Source: Hypanus sabinus
Taxonomy: Eukaryota
Direction: 5' to 3'
Length of the DNA stretch: 64,000 bases
Assembly (NCBI RefSeq): GCF_030144855.1
Contig: NC_082733.1
Span: 30,194,001 to 30,258,000, forward strand
Shown here: one piece after another, positions 12,291 through 26,532 of the stretch
Position numbering within the stretch: position 1 is the stretch's first letter
How the letters are laid out: the number at the start of each line of letters is the position of its first letter
Position numbers and translations under genes: made by a program
Notes under the pieces: generated by a model
Told to the model about the DNA's origin: nothing
Database searches by the model: none
Seen by the model: the letters and a program-made list of their open reading frames with translations, nothing else

Positions 12291-13427
12291 AATTTATGTA
12301 CATCATAATAACAACCATTCCTAGAAAAAAAACTTAATTGGCTGTAAAGCACTTCCGAATTTTTTCCCCAGGGATGTGAAAGGTACTGTTGAAATGCATT
12401 TCTGATGAAGGGTCTTGGCCTGAAATGTTGACTATTTGCTCTATTGCATAGATGCTGCCTGGCCTGCTGAGTTCCTCCAGCATATTGTGTGTGTTGCTTT
12501 GGATCTCCAGCATCTGCAGATCTTTTCTTCTTTGCAAGTTAATTGTGACCAGTCCATCTGTCTAATTGATATTTCATTTTTACTGCCCCTGGCCCCAATG
12601 TCATGTGCAGTTCCAGCAACGTCGACACTGGAAGTCCAGAGAAATGGCAAAGCCTAACTTTGGACGCAGGCCCAATGCACTATCCATAACAAAGTTCCAG
12701 CCTTAAGAATTGGCTGTAGAAAACTGTAAATTCAAAAAACTGGCAGCCTCCACATCAATATATCCCATTGCAGGCAGCATGGTAAAACAAAATATCACTT
12801 CTGATAGCAAAACTATTGAACTGAAAAGTAGCTTTGGAAAAATAGCTAGAGTTGGAAAGGCAGCTAATCCATTCATTTTGCACAATTGCATTTTGACATA
12901 TGACTTTATCATCACCACACAAAGCCCTGGTTTATGGTTTACACTTACTTTGACTCACTAATATTTCCTGCTTCTCGCTACAGCACTGGCTCAGTGGCTC
13001 CTTCACCTTCGATTCACAATATCATTACTTCACATCCTAATAAAGAGGCCGAAGCTGGCACTCTAAGGCAGAACGGAGGATATGCCGCAATGTCGATGGT
13101 GTTGTTGTTCAGACTTAGCATCTACACTCCTGGGTTCCATTGCACTATTCTGGAGAGCAGGGAAACTTTCCCTGACCAAAATTCAAACCGGGAAGATGGC
13201 TGCTAACTTTCTGTGTGCAAGCTGATTCTGCACTTCCTACACACTTACAGTGACGTGTATTTATAGGCATCAATGAGCTAAATTGAGATCATCAAGCTCC
13301 ATCTTAAATGGGGTGACAAGACCCCAGATTGTTTTCTGTGCCTTCGCGAGGACAGCTTTGATTTCAGGGTTGTGGGTGGGTTCATTAATGGCATATACAC
13401 AGACCAAAGATATAAGTGTCTGTGTAA

Positions 13428-13712
13428 GGCGGCATGCTTGCATGGCGGTTAGCACGATCGCTTTACAGCGCCAGCTGTAATGTTGTGGTTCGATACCCAC
13501 CACTGTCTGTAAAGAGTTTGCACATTCTCCCCCGTGACTCCGGGAGCTTCGGTTTCCTCCCGCATTCCGAAGGTGTATGGTTGGGGTTAAGGTAGGTAAG
13601 TTATGGACATGCTATGTTGGTGCCAGAATTTGATTTGACACAACTGGCATAGTCCACCGCATGTTTCTTTGTTTTGATGTACATATGACAAATAAAGATA
13701 AACTTTAGATTA
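13428..13712 (+). mobile_element. V-SINE with Rex-like tail
   Basis: B box ggttcgatacc, V domain ggtttcctcccgcattcc, tail gatgtacatatgacaaataaag. Confidence 0.75.
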
Positions 13713-14479
13713 GAATTTTGTTTTCAGTTACAATTCCAGCATGAATTTGATCCAAATTCTAAAGTAGACTAGGCTTTGAAAGTGTGGCAGTAGAGTCAAC
13801 TCCAAAAGACTCTATGTCGACACTGATGCGTCAATGAGGCAGGAAAGCTATACCAAGACTGTTACCTATCTCTCTGATTAATGCCAGCTAAAGAAGGGAT
13901 GGTCACACTGCCCTGCTGTATTTGTAACATGTAATGTAATATTGCTCTACAACCCACCCCTTGTTCTTGAAGCCTTCATTTGTCCTCTTTTTAGAATCAG
14001 AGTGAAGGAGGCCAACTTGGGTATATGATGCTCCCAATTCATTCATTCTGTTAGTCCCATTTCCTCCCTCTCCCCTTTGTCCTACAAATATTTTTCCCTG
14101 AAGTACTAATTTAATTCTTCTGAAAGCCTTGAATGATGCTGTTTCCACTCATAGGAACAGTTCCACATCATAAACATTCTCTAAGTGCAAGTTTCCCAAC
14201 CTGGGATCTATGAACTCCTTGGTTAATGGCAAAAATCCATGGCATAAGAAATATTGGGGCCCCTTGTCTTAGTGATAAAGATTTTCCTTACATCTCCCAA
14301 ATATCTGTTGCCTCTAATTTTAAATCTGTAAACTTTGAACCACCAATCAACGACAACCTATCAGTTAACCTATCTGAATCAGTTGCAGTCTTGTTTACAT
14401 CTAAACCTTCTTTGCTCGAAGGAGAATCACCCCGTTTCTCCATTTCAACCTTACAGCTGAAATTGCCCACTCCCGGAGT

Positions 14480-14950
14480 CATTTGGTGCAGTTTTGGGCC
14501 CCTTATCATTGGAAAGAATCCAGAAGAGGTCCGTAAGAATAATTCCAAGAATGAAAGGGTTAGAGCATGATTGGTCTGGGCCTATGGTCATTGGAGTTTA
14601 GAAGAATGAGAGGGGATCTCATTGAAACTTATTGAATATAGATAGAGTGGGTGTAGGGAGAATGTTTCCTATAGTGGTGGATTCTTGGACCTAAAGGCAC
14701 AGCCTCAGAATAGAGGGATGTCCCTTTAGAACAGAGGTGACGAGGGATTTCTTTACGCAGTGGGTGGTGAATCTGTGGAATTCATTGCCACAGGCAGCTG
14801 CGGAGGTCAAGTCATTGGGTATATTTAAAGCAGAGGCTGATAGGTTCTTGATTAGACTAGTCATCAAAGGGGTTCAGAGAGATAATAAATCAGTGGAGCA
14901 GACTTGATGGGCTGAATGGCCTAGTTCTGCTACTATGTCTTATGGTCTTA
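14480..14950 (+). mobile_element. CR1 3' fragment
   Basis: gagtttagaagaatgagaggggatctcattgaaac...gggctgaatggcctagttctgct. Confidence 0.85.
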
Positions 14951-15559
14951 AGGCTCTTCTGAGTTAAAATCTCATACACACATATAATAAGTGCAAGATG
15001 CACTGTCAAGGACACTTGGTCAGTGAATGCTTTCAGGAAGAGTTATAAATGTAATTATTGTTTAAAGGACATCAACAACAGACACATAAAACCTAATGGA
15101 TCAAACTGGATCTAAATATGTGGAACAATTAGCAAAGCTTGGATTTTTTTTTGATGCAATTTGCTTTACAAAGCAGGTATAATTCTTCACTTCCAATCCA
15201 CGTCAAATGACAGACATTTTATTCTCAAGGGGGATCTAGAACTAGCTGCTCATCTTAAAACTGCTGGTTTGCCGCGGCCTTTGCTATTATGCAAGTAACC
15301 TTGACCGATAAAGTACGGCTGCATCACAAGACATTGATCTATCTGCACAACACACAATGTTAAGTCAGCCTTCCTGGGTTCTCCAATAAAAACTCATCAT
15401 TTCTGAGAATGATATTGCCAGAATGCGTCTGCCACCTCCAATCAGCAGTAAATCAAATTTATTTTATAGGAGTAAAACTTTATTACGTGAAAGATGAGAT
15501 ATAATTTAGAATGGTCCCAGTGAATGCTGCCTTTGCAGTCTAATGGTCCTTGTGATTAG

Positions 15560-16345
15560 GTTTTTCTTTGCTGCATCTCCGTCTGGTATGAGGTGGCCTT
15601 GGCACAGGATCGAAAGAAGCTGCAGGAAGTTGTGAACTCAGTTAGCTCCATCATGGGCGGCTGTGACATCCAGGACATCGTCAAGAAGTGATGCCTCGAA
15701 AAGGCAGCATCCATCTTTTAGGACCCCCATTCCCTCTTCTCATTGCTACCGTCAGGAAAGCCTGAAGGCACACACTCAACGATTCAGGAGCAGCTTCTTC
15801 CCCTCTGTCATCTGATTTCAGAATGGACATTGAACTCATGAACACTACCTCACTACTTTTTTGCACAACTTATTTAATTTCACTTTTTTATATTAGTAAA
15901 TGTGTGTGTGTGTGTGTTTACGAGGCATCCATTAGTCTCATGAGACCATGGATTTGCGCCTTGGAAGGTTTCCAGGGTGCAGGCCTGGGCAGGGTTGTAT
16001 GGGAGACCGGCAGTTGCCCAAGCTGCAATCCTTCCCCTCTCCACACCACTGATGTCGTCCAAGGGAAGGGAACTAGGACCCAAGCAGCTTGGCACCAGTG
16101 TCGTTGCAGAGCAATGTGTGGTTGAGTGCCTTGCTCAAGGACACAACACACTGCCTCAGCTGAGGCTCGAACCAGTGACCTTCAGATCACTAGACCGATG
16201 CCTTATCCACTAGGCCACGCGCCACCACATGTGTGTTTACTAATTTACTATAATTCATAGTTTTTATTATTATGTATTTTGCTGCCACAAAAACAACAAA
16301 CTTTACGACATGTGCCAGTGATATTAAACCTGATTCTGATTAAAT
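15560..16345 (+). mobile_element. Rex1-type 3' fragment, interrupted by a SINE
   Basis: gtctggtatg...aagctgcag...ctccatcatggg...; tail attaaacctgattctgat. Confidence 0.7.
15922..16229 (-). mobile_element. tRNA/CORE-like SINE, copy 2
   Basis: Reverse complement of 9260-9567; TSD tgtgtgtttac on both sides. Confidence 0.85.
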
Positions 16346-17574
16346 AAACATCATTCTTGAGGAGATATACTGTATCCTTAGGAAATGGGGTGGGAGGGAA
16401 GTTTGGACCAGCATATGAAACTTAATGGTCTTTACTGTGGAAATTGCATATCTGTTTTAAATAGAATCCAGAAAGGGAGACAGGGACATTTCAATGTGTT
16501 CAAACAAGATCAAACAGTGTGTTATTTTTAAGACAGGAACAACTAATATAGCACCGAATGATGAAAACCAAAGGGTCTTATAAAACATAGGTAACATCAT
16601 TATTCGTGTCTAATACACACTCCAGACGCAGAACTGGTTCTTGGTGAGTTTGTATTTAATCTCCACGACACTTATCAGAAAGTGCTACGGAGTTTATAGA
16701 TCCTTCTCTCCTCTCTGAATGTCTTCAAAATTAAGAAGAGAAATGGCTGGAAATGTTGTGCAGTTGGCCAGAATATCCAGTTAAATATTTGAGCATATTA
16801 ATATATTGAGATGAAAAAAGTGTTTGGTTAAACTGAGAGCTTCGTCAGATCTCACCAAAGGAAAGTAATGAATAAACGACCCTAAAGTCGGTCTTGATTC
16901 CAAGCATAGGCCTAGGCTATGAGGTCAGGTCCAGAGATTCTCCTCCCTGAAGGACATCAGTAATCCATATAGGGTTTAGAGTCACTGTTAGTAATATCAG
17001 TGGTCTGGATTTGAGGGTGAGTGGAGAATGAGTTCAGTTTGCTTCTGACCCTCAAAGTAACTCCATATTTAACCACTGCAAATCTGACAGGGATAACTCA
17101 CTGCACAAAGCCAGCTCTGTTCACAATGGTAATGCCCCACAAACTTTATCAGCATGTTAGTGGTGGGGGACTTAGGTGGAAGGGGTGGCAAAAATTTTCT
17201 GCAGAGATTTAGAGAACAAGCAAGATATGACCACCCCAGATTTTTTGGATGTTTCTGATACAAAATATCCATGAAAATATAATTTATATTATGAAAGATC
17301 TAAACAATACCTTCTTTAGGAAATTTTAAAGAAAGTAAAATATGTCTAGACATGAAAAATTAAATAAATGCTGAATGAAAATTTACCTTTTTCCCTCCGA
17401 GTGTTCCTTCTATTTAAATTGGTCATGGTTTAAGAGAAAATCTGAGACTTTCACACTCACTTTGGTACACTGAACTTGAATGCTACATCCATTTTTTAAA
17501 TCAGTTTGTTTAATAAACTTCAGATTTCCAAGATTACTTGAAGGAATTTGACTTGATCTTTAAATTTTTTTAGT

Positions 17575-17815
17575 CCAGAGCAATGATGGAAGGCACCTGG
17601 GAACACCAACTTCTGTAAGTTCCCTGCTGAATTACATTTAAGATATGTCACTGTTCTTTCTATGTTGTTAGGGCATAGTACTGGAACAGTCCATCCAACG
17701 GCATTGTGGGAGTATATTCACCAGAAGGAGTCAACAGTTCATCACCACTTTCTCAAGTGCAATGAGGGATGGGCAATAAATGGTGACTATCCCAGCAATA
17801 TTCACACAACATAAA
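17575..17815 (+). mobile_element. Ancient LINE 3'-end remnant
   Basis: gggaacacca...aagttccc...gggatgggcaataaatg resembles old shark LINE/SINE tails (recognised from memory). Confidence 0.45.
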
Positions 17816-17911
17816 TAATTGGAACAAGTATTCCCACTGTGATCTCAATTATGATATAAAGTTCACATTTGAAGCAGTAATTTTGTTTAATACATGGACA
17901 CTGAAATACTT

Positions 17912-18195
17912 GGCAGCACTGTGGCATAGTGGTTAGTGTTACAGCACCAGCTTAAGATTGAGATTCAATTTCTGCCAGTCTGCAAGGAGCTTGCACTTTC
18001 AGCCCCTGTCCACACAGGTGCTCCAGTTTCCTCCCACATTCCAAAGACATACAGTTATGGTGAATGAGTTGTGCGCATGCTATATTGGTGTTGGCAGTGA
18101 CACAATCACAATCCTTCACTTATCTGCTATGATGCAAGTGGTGCATTTTGCTGTATGTTCCAATATATATGTGATAATTAAAGTTAAACTTTAAT
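17912..18195 (+). mobile_element. V-SINE with Rex-like tail
   Basis: ggcagcactgtggcatagtggttag...caggtgctccagtttcctcccacattccaaagac. Confidence 0.75.
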
Positions 18196-18899
18196 GTGTA
18201 GCTGAGAGATGACGAATTTTAAGCATATTGCTAGTTCAATTGCAGTATCATTTTAAGTGAACCCTGGACCTCTCTGGAGCTTCCTATATATTTTGCTGAG
18301 TACCCTACATCCTTCTGCTCTGAACAGTGGCTTCAGACACTAACTGCATTGTTACTCTTACAGAGAGAGTTGGAGAAGGACACAACTAATGAGTGAAGAA
18401 ATCATGAGGAAACAGAAAACAAAGAGATCAGGTTCAATATGACAGCGAGGAGAAATTGAATGATTTTATTTGACATGGCCTGATAATAATGATAGAATGT
18501 CTAATGGTCTCATGCTCACATGTGACTTTATAATTCACTTGCATAAATCATTATCAACAACTTGCAAGTATATAGAGCCTTTAACATAGAAAGATGTCCC
18601 ATGGTGTTTCACAGGGGCAGAATCAGATTAAATGGATTTTAAGAAAATATCAGAAGGGGAAATCAAAAGCTTGATCTAAGAGAACTGTCTTAAGGTAGGA
18701 CTGTTATTTGTAGAGTAAGAGGGGATTGCAGGGACAATTTCAGAGCGTAAAGATAGCAGGAGTATTGGCTGCCTGAATGGAACGGGCAGTGAGCAGTACT
18801 GGTGGAAGGAAGTGACAATGCACAATAGGTTAGTGTTTTCATGTTGGAATAAAAACACAAGAAACATTTCAGTAGTGAGCCATTTGGTTCATCAAGCCA

Positions 18900-21800
18900 T
18901 TTCTGCCATTCAGATGATTAGATGGCTAATCATCTAACTCATTTTTACCTTCCTATATCATTCCCATATTTGTGGAGTTCCTTAGCATCTATAAATCAGT
19001 TGTCTACTTAGTGACTAAGGACGTGCATCCCCCTAGGTTAGGAAGAAATCCAAAGGTAACCCCTTGGGTGAAAAAGCTTCCATTCATCTTAGTTCCAAAC
19101 AGCTCCCTGCTTATTCTGAGCTAGACCACCAATTCTTAATCTCGCCAGCCAAGGGAATGATTCTCCCAGCAACTATCCTTGTAAACCCTTTCAAGAACTG
19201 GATCATCTCGCACCGCTTTGGGTGACTTTGTTAATTTCTCCTCAAAGGACAATCTCATCATCCCAAAAAGCAACTCTTTCTAAGTATTAAAGCAACTCTT
19301 TCAGAAGTTACAGACTTCTGTAGTTAGCTGAAATACTGTTCCCTAGGAAGTAGCAGAGTTGAGAGTTGAAAGTGATGGCTGTCCCAAACCAATTGATGTG
19401 GCTGCTATCAAGTGTTTCCTGGTTCATCACACACCAATATTCTAAAAGTTGGATGTAATAAAGAAGTAATCCTCTAACTAGCTTGCCGGCTGTGTGAACA
19501 TTAACCATACATTCTGTTTCCATCATCCCCTCATGTACATGGGATGGCCTATTAATCATGTGAATAACTAAGATTTACTTTAGTTATAAGGATGAGATTT
19601 GTTGGAAGCAATCAAAATAATTAGAACCGAGTTACGGGGCAGTTACTCACTTTTTTTTAACTCAGTTATTTATTGATTAGTGAGTGTCAACAGGCTTTGG
19701 ATTTATGACACTGTGAAGCCCTTCCTTTACAAGTATCCATTGTTCCCACAGATCAGTGAAAGCCTGAATAGTTTTTTTTTATATCCACAGTTTTGTTAAC
19801 CCTTGGACAGAATCAGCAGCGTGCGTAATACAAAAGTACATTTTTTAAGGTTTACTCATCAAAACTTTGACTTTTCTGCTTTTAATGAGAATTAGATTTA
19901 CAGAGAAACAGCCAGATGGCAGATGATGGAATATGTTGTCAGATTTCAGCCTATATAGGACAATGGGGTCTTTAATTAATGAGTCTTCAATGAGCATCCC
20001 AGCCAACTGCTTATCTGGGAAATGCAATATTTGATTTGCACATGTCATTGTAAATTCACGTGGGGACTGTTTTAGTCAATGACAGACCTGACAGACAGCT
20101 GGGGGAAAAGTTAAATGAGAGACAGTTATTGTCCACACTCCTGGCTCGCTAAGCTCTGCATTAAATAAACATCGGATCACTTCTTCTCAACACTGACTTT
20201 TCTGCTGACACATAACTGTTCCTCAGGCATGGCACCTCATGATGTACTGAGATCTTGAGGTATACATTTGGTGTTATATTGTGAACACTTTGTTGGAGAT
20301 TTTCTCCGGTCATTCGAACACAATTTGAAATATGTTTGCAAAATACAGCTCAGCCAATACAGACCAAGAGAAGTCCTTCCCAAAACTTTTTTTGTGATTT
20401 GCTATACCAGAGGTATTTTGGTCTCCTTGTTACTTTCATACGTCAGCGACTGAGCTGGCCTTAACTGCATCTTCAGTGTCAATGCCGCGTCTTTGCCAGG
20501 CCAATTAATTTTAATTCCCAGGATGGCAAATCTGTCCAAAGTTGCACTTGGTAAGTGTTAGACACTCTGGCATCAATTCTTTCCAGCTCATTTTCAGTCT
20601 TGGTTCAGGGAGTAATGGAGGTGAATGGCATATACATGGCAACAAGAAAAAAAATACTATTAACGGCTTGCTTCCCTTTCACAACAAAAAAAAACTAAAG
20701 GTGGCTCTGGAATAAAAACATAAAGGATGTGGCATTTTCTTCAGCTCCTCAGCATCTACAGATCTTAATGGAATGCTGTCAAGTCTTTCGATAACACAAG
20801 CCAAATGAGAGAGAATTTGGGATGCACTGTCTAATTCAGCATCTCTGATTGGCTTTTGACAGGTCACATGATTACTGTTAATCACTGCCACTTGTAACTT
20901 GTTCCCAGATTACGTTTTTGAATTGGCACACATGATGCTCCATGTCAAGGTTGGAGACATATTTGCCAAGATTCAGTGGCCAGAGCGTTGTCCAAGTAGG
21001 CTTCCAGACTTTTATTTCTTTTCCCATCTTTTGTCCAATTTGCTAGTTTGGTGGAATTCTATGTTCACAGAGTGAACATTGCTTCATTGTCTCTCCATTT
21101 TAGCATAAATGTGAATCGTAGAACATGAGGTTAAAAGCTTTCTGAATGTGAGAAATTGGGTCATCTTTGAAGATTTAGAGGATGAGGTTGCTAATCCCAC
21201 TCTTTGCCATTACTTAAGTCCAGTTCAATTGTCTCTGTGCTATGGCCTCTGTCCTTCACTTGTTAAGTTTATCAGAGCACAGCTATTTCTTGGTAGAAAA
21301 TGACCAACAAAATATACAGGAGCAATAAAACAGCGCAGCTCAACATTTGAGAAACCCTCCATAACTTAAAGCCCATTTCAGGACTCCAACATCTGATGCA
21401 CAGTTTTGAACTTAGACACATCCTGGTGAGATTTAAAGTTGGCACAGCTTTTGACATCTGATTAGTACTCAGTACAACCATTGTTCATCTCTAGACTGCC
21501 AACTGGCAATCAGAAAGAAGAGATAGAAGTTGCTTCTGTGAAATCTGAGCCTTCCCTCAATTTACACTTGTTTCCTCTGCAAGTCTTCCCCTTGAAGAAG
21601 CAGTTGACCAGCTTGGTGATCATTGATGGTACTCAGTGAACTTATGCTGCAAAGACCAACGTTATTGTTATGCTGAGGAGATTTCTTGCTTCCAACCACG
21701 GTGAAAAAATGGTGGGGCCCAACCCAAGTTCTTTTGGCTAGATCACAAAATCTTTTTCCTTCCACAGAGCTGCTTGCGGCTTCATCCAAGGACCAAATGA

Positions 21801-23027
21801 ATCAAAGGATGGCTACAGATAGTGGCAATGGGTGATGGGCTCCAAACTACCTGGCAAGACAGTCCCATATGGCTTCAACTGTTGACCATCACTCCAGGAT
21901 AATCACAGAATCTGCAGAAAAAATCTCCATTGTATTTCAAATGCATGTCACATCTACAGACTCTTTACTGGTAACTTGGAGGACAACAGTTTCATTTGGA
22001 AACCCCTTCCTGAAGCAGGACATGTCTGTGACTCATTACTCTATGACCTGTCATACAGGAAAAGAAAAGTGTAACCTATTATCACCTCCACAATATTAAT
22101 ATGGAGTTCACTTCTATTTCTTAGAAAAAAAACTTTGCTGAGTTTTATAGCATAGAAATAAAAATAAAATGAAAACATTTGTGTCTAAATATACAGATGG
22201 ATAATGCACTTAGCTATTTAAAGCATCATAACTGTAGCACACAACTTGGATTGTTGACAATAACTTTAAAATAACAGTTGATTGACAAAAGGTACATAGA
22301 ACTGGCCAGGACAGCAGGCGGATTCAATCTACACCAAGCGATTTGTGAACGTATGCAACCATTGTGGCACCTGCCTTAACCACTGGGTATTTTAGCTCTG
22401 TACCCCCAAGAGAGATGGTTGGGTAGCTCTTCTGCTGCACTTTCTCAGGTTTGTAGAGACATCCATACTATGATTTCCCTCAAAAGGTTTAAGAAGTTCC
22501 AAACATTGTTGATCCTTTGGAAGAGAACTTGGAGTGATCATCCAAACGCTGTTGAGGCTAATCCTGTCCAGGTCTGAAGTCACCGCAAAGGGACGGCAGC
22601 TCCACAGCAGATCTGCTCACCGGATGAACTATTGAAGCAAGCGTAGACCTGGGGGCTGCATCCTTAATTCAGATTGAGCTTTAGCAGGCTGAGGGAGCAG
22701 TTTGAACCCTCCTGGGTAATCAGACTTGGAAGTCGGATAATCTTAATGAGCTGGTGGACTTTGCACTGCTCTTAATCTGTGTCCTCCTTCACACGGAAAG
22801 GGGGCTGTGGTGTGCCAAGGTTGCACTAGCCTGGAGCGACCCTGTTTGGAACCTAAACTTCCTTTCCATTGCAACAACCTTCTGGGTGCAGGTACCAGGA
22901 AAACCGCCTCCAAAACAACTGTACATTTTATATACAGCAGGCACTTCACTTTTTGAATTTCCCAAATGAAGCCAAAGTTTACTGTTGGGATTAAGTACAT
23001 TCAGGAGGGGCGGAAACACTTAGCCCA
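18900..23027 (-). other. Putative 3' UTR / downstream region of the NTRK3-like gene (repeat-poor)
   Basis: About 4 kb directly downstream of the stop codon with almost no recognisable young TE, unlike its flanks. The transcript end cannot be determined from sequence. Confidence 0.4.
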
Positions 23028-23213
23028 CTATCCTAGAATATCCAGGTAGATGGGGGAGGTCTTGCCCAGAGCTTGCAGAAGCTGATGAATGTCTTTGATG
23101 CTTAGCCTCTGCTGGGGCTCTCTCTGCCAGCATCCGAGCATGATGTCATATACCTCCTTGGGACAGACTCTCGGCCTCTCCAGCACACGCCCTTGTGTGA
23201 TGCATTCGATGAC
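23028..23213 (-). CDS. NTRK3: TrkC/NTRK3-like terminal coding exon
   Basis: Acceptor aattgcag|GTC. Encodes [64 protein letters not shown], ending in the PLC-gamma docking motif YLDILG. Confidence 0.92.
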   Translation of the reverse strand, partial: VIECITQGRVLERPRVCPKEVYDIMLGCWQREPQQRLSIKDIHQLLQALGKTSPIYLDILG

Positions 23214-24999
23214 CTGCAATTAAACACAATTACTTTTAGTTTCTGATATCAGCTCTAAATGTGTGTGAGGAACGGGGCTGCCGCCAGGCAGACTTTACTG
23301 GCGGTCCCCAAGGAGTCATGTTTTGGAAAACGTGACAGTTTCTGAAACAGATACTGACATGTATTGCCCACAGTTACACTGACCCACTCACTGTCTGGAT
23401 CACTGCCCCATTTAGAATGTGGATGCAAGCCCTGCAGTTTCCGATTTGGCAAGCAACAACTCTTCAGTAACTGAACACATGGTACTATGCTGTCTTTATT
23501 AAAAAAATCAAGTTTCAAACTTATTGAAAAAAAAACAAATGGCTGGAGGATCACAGCAGGTTAGTCGGCATCTGTGGAGGCAAGACCCAAAACATTGGCC
23601 ATCTCTCTGTAGATACTACCTAACCTATTGAGTTCCTCCAGCGTTTGCTTTGGATCCTAGCATCTGGAGTCTTTTCTATCTTCAAACAACTTATATTTGT
23701 GCTCTTTCTGGGCTGGATTGGTATGTTAAGTCATAGTAATTTTTGCCCTCCTTACTTATACAGGAATAATGGGACCTTACATTCATATAGCATTCTTAAT
23801 GGAGAACAACATCTCAACAGTACTCATATTTAGCATTGACTCAATGGGCCATATGGCCTCCTTCCATTTGGCAATAATATTATGATTTTAGAGGTGTTAT
23901 TATACAAAAATCAACATCTAGAGGGTATTTTTAAATCCTCTTAAAATACTGGAAATGTCCAGACATCATCCCTGATGAAGATGTCAGAGTTCATCATCGA
24001 ACTGTCCATTATAATTGATAATATTATAATTATAATTATAAAGCACCTGGCTGGAAGCCCAAGAGGAGTTTATTCATCATATACACCAGGAAATCCCTAG
24101 ATCCTTCTTTTTTAGCACTTCAGGAGTTAATATTGCCTAGTAAATGAGTGGCCCATATTAGATGGGTAAAGGAAAGCATCTAGCAAAGGGTTAACACACC
24201 AACTGAAGCAATGGTTAGCTGTCAAGGGGTCTAGTATCCCTCAGGGAGCAACAAATTCAGCTGCCAGATCTCCTTAGTTTTATGATTTGGTAGCTTAACA
24301 TTTTACAAGGATAAACTTGGCATTACAAGTCATGACACTATTGACTGACCATCAAGGTTCCCGGTAACCCAGAAACAAAATACAAGCTGCTTGCTTGTGA
24401 CGAGTATGGATGTTGGAGTGGGCACACCCAGCTGCAACATCAGAACACTATTTTGCAAAATAACAATAGCACAGATAAAGAGAGAATCTGAACTGACTGC
24501 AATCACCCTCCTGATTCCATCAGGCTGATATTCACCATAAATAAAATGGGCATGGATGCACTGAAACTGAGAGAATGATGAAACTGAGATCTAAATGACA
24601 AGAAGGGAAATTAAATCCTTGTAGCTTTATGAACAATATGGTTCATTCTTCCTCTTATTATACACATGCCACCAATTAAGGTAATTAATTACATTTTAAT
24701 TTGGAGCATATTCAGCTGTGATTACCTGCTCACCAGTGTGACTACCTGAATGACACAGTGAGTCCCAAAGGGAAGGTGGCACTGTGGGATATAGGAGGTA
24801 CTGTGGAGTCAACCATTATCGATGCCGCTGTGAAAAGCTACTACCGCAATAACAGTGTCATATTTTAAAGCTTCATTTTTATGAGCCAAATCCTGCAAGG
24901 TTATGAACAAAATTAACCTAACGATGAGCCGATTACTCTTCTGTGCTGTAAATTCCTATAAATCTATTCTAGTCAATAATGTAGAATGTCTGAAGTCCA

Positions 25000-25135
25000 A
25001 TAAAGACGTACAAAAAAGCTGGATGAACTCAGCAGGTCGGGCAGCATCCATTGAAAGAAGCAGTCAACGTTTCGGGTCGAGACCCTTCGTCAGGACTCAA
25101 TGTTGCAGGTCGAGACCCTTTGTCAGGATCTGACA
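25000..25135 (-). ncRNA. PLE-derived repeat carrying a minimal hammerhead ribozyme (25061-25097) plus a degenerate tandem copy
   Basis: Minus strand reads AGUC-CUGACGA-A-GGGUCUCGACCC-GAAACGUU-GACU: intact core, stem I and stem II. Confidence 0.75.
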
Positions 25136-25369
25136 GTGTACTTTGTGTTTAAATTCCAATAACAAGGATGGATTCAAGCAAGGAGGAAATAGTGGGCAAA
25201 CAAAAACTGGATCAAACCGAATATTTTAAAGAGCATCTTAACCAACAAGGGGGAGGTGAACTGAATGGTTTAAGAACATAGAATATAGAATAATACAGCA
25301 CAATACAGGCCCTATGGCCCACAATGTCATGCCAATCTTTTAACCTACTCTAATATCAATCTAACTCTT

Positions 25370-25632
25370 ACATGGTAGCATAGTGGCTACAACAGTACCA
25401 GCAATCTGGGTTCAATTCCTGCTGCGGTCTGTAAGAAGTTTGTACGTTCTCCCCGCGACTGCATGTGTTTCCTCCAGGTGCTCTGGTTTCCTCCCACAGC
25501 CCAAAGATGTACCAGTTGGTAGGTTAATTGCTCGTTGTAAGTTGTCCTGTGGTGAGGCTAAGGGTAAATGGGGGGGTTGCTGTGCGGTGCAGCTCGAAGA
25601 GCCAGGCCTGTTTTGCACTGAATCTTGATAAA
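25370..25632 (+). mobile_element. V-SINE with CR1-type tail, inserted in a minus-strand CR1 3' fragment (25272-25780)
   Basis: ggttcaattcct B box; tttcctccaggtgctctggtttcctcccacagcccaaagatg. Confidence 0.8.
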
Positions 25633-26532
25633 TCCATGTGCCTAGCTGAGAGTCTCTAAAACATCCCTAAAATGTCTGCTTTTACCACCACCATTGACAG
25701 TGTGTTCCATGCACACAACACTCTTTGTGTAAAAAAAACTACCTTGGACATCCCCCTGACATTCCCTTCCTTTCTTACAACATTCCCCTCTTTTAAGGAG
25801 GGAAATACAGAGAATTTTGCTTAGGTAGTTCTGGGACTAATAAAAGAAGGTGGTAGGATCTAGAATCAGAGGACTGGAGAGAAAGTTACAGAGTAAAGAT
25901 GAATGATGTTACAAGGGAATTTAACCAATGAGAATTCTAAATGCCAGATGGTCAATGGAACATGGTCCAAAAATAGTATTCAAGCCCAAAGCTCAGAGAT
26001 TATATCCAGTGGCAAAAGCACGTGTGCCCAAACCACACATACAAGCTGTTTAACAAATATTTTGATGTGATACTGATTATTTCTTGTTGAAAGCTTGCTA
26101 ATCACAAATTTGAACACAAGAGATACTGCAGATGCTTGGAAATCCAGAGTGGTACACAAAGTACCGGAGGAATTTGGCAGGTCAGGCAGTATCCATAGAG
26201 AGGAATAAAGAGCCAATGTTCCAGGCCGAGATCCTTCATCAGGACTTGCAAATTTGGATTAGTCACTTCCTGGTGAGATTCAGGATGGACTGACCTGATG
26301 TTTTTTGTGCACACAATGATATATCAACATGCACAATGCTTATCCCTGCCTGACTGATGGAAATTTAGCAAAAATGTCAATCCGTTCTCCTTGGGTTCAT
26401 AGCTCCCAATGAAAGAAGCAAACACTTCATCAACTCCGTAAGGGAAAATGAATTCAAGGGGTCTCTACTGGGAAGTCAATGTGTGACAGTTCATGTTAGG
26501 CTACCTGAGTTCATTAGTTTATAAAGCACCTA

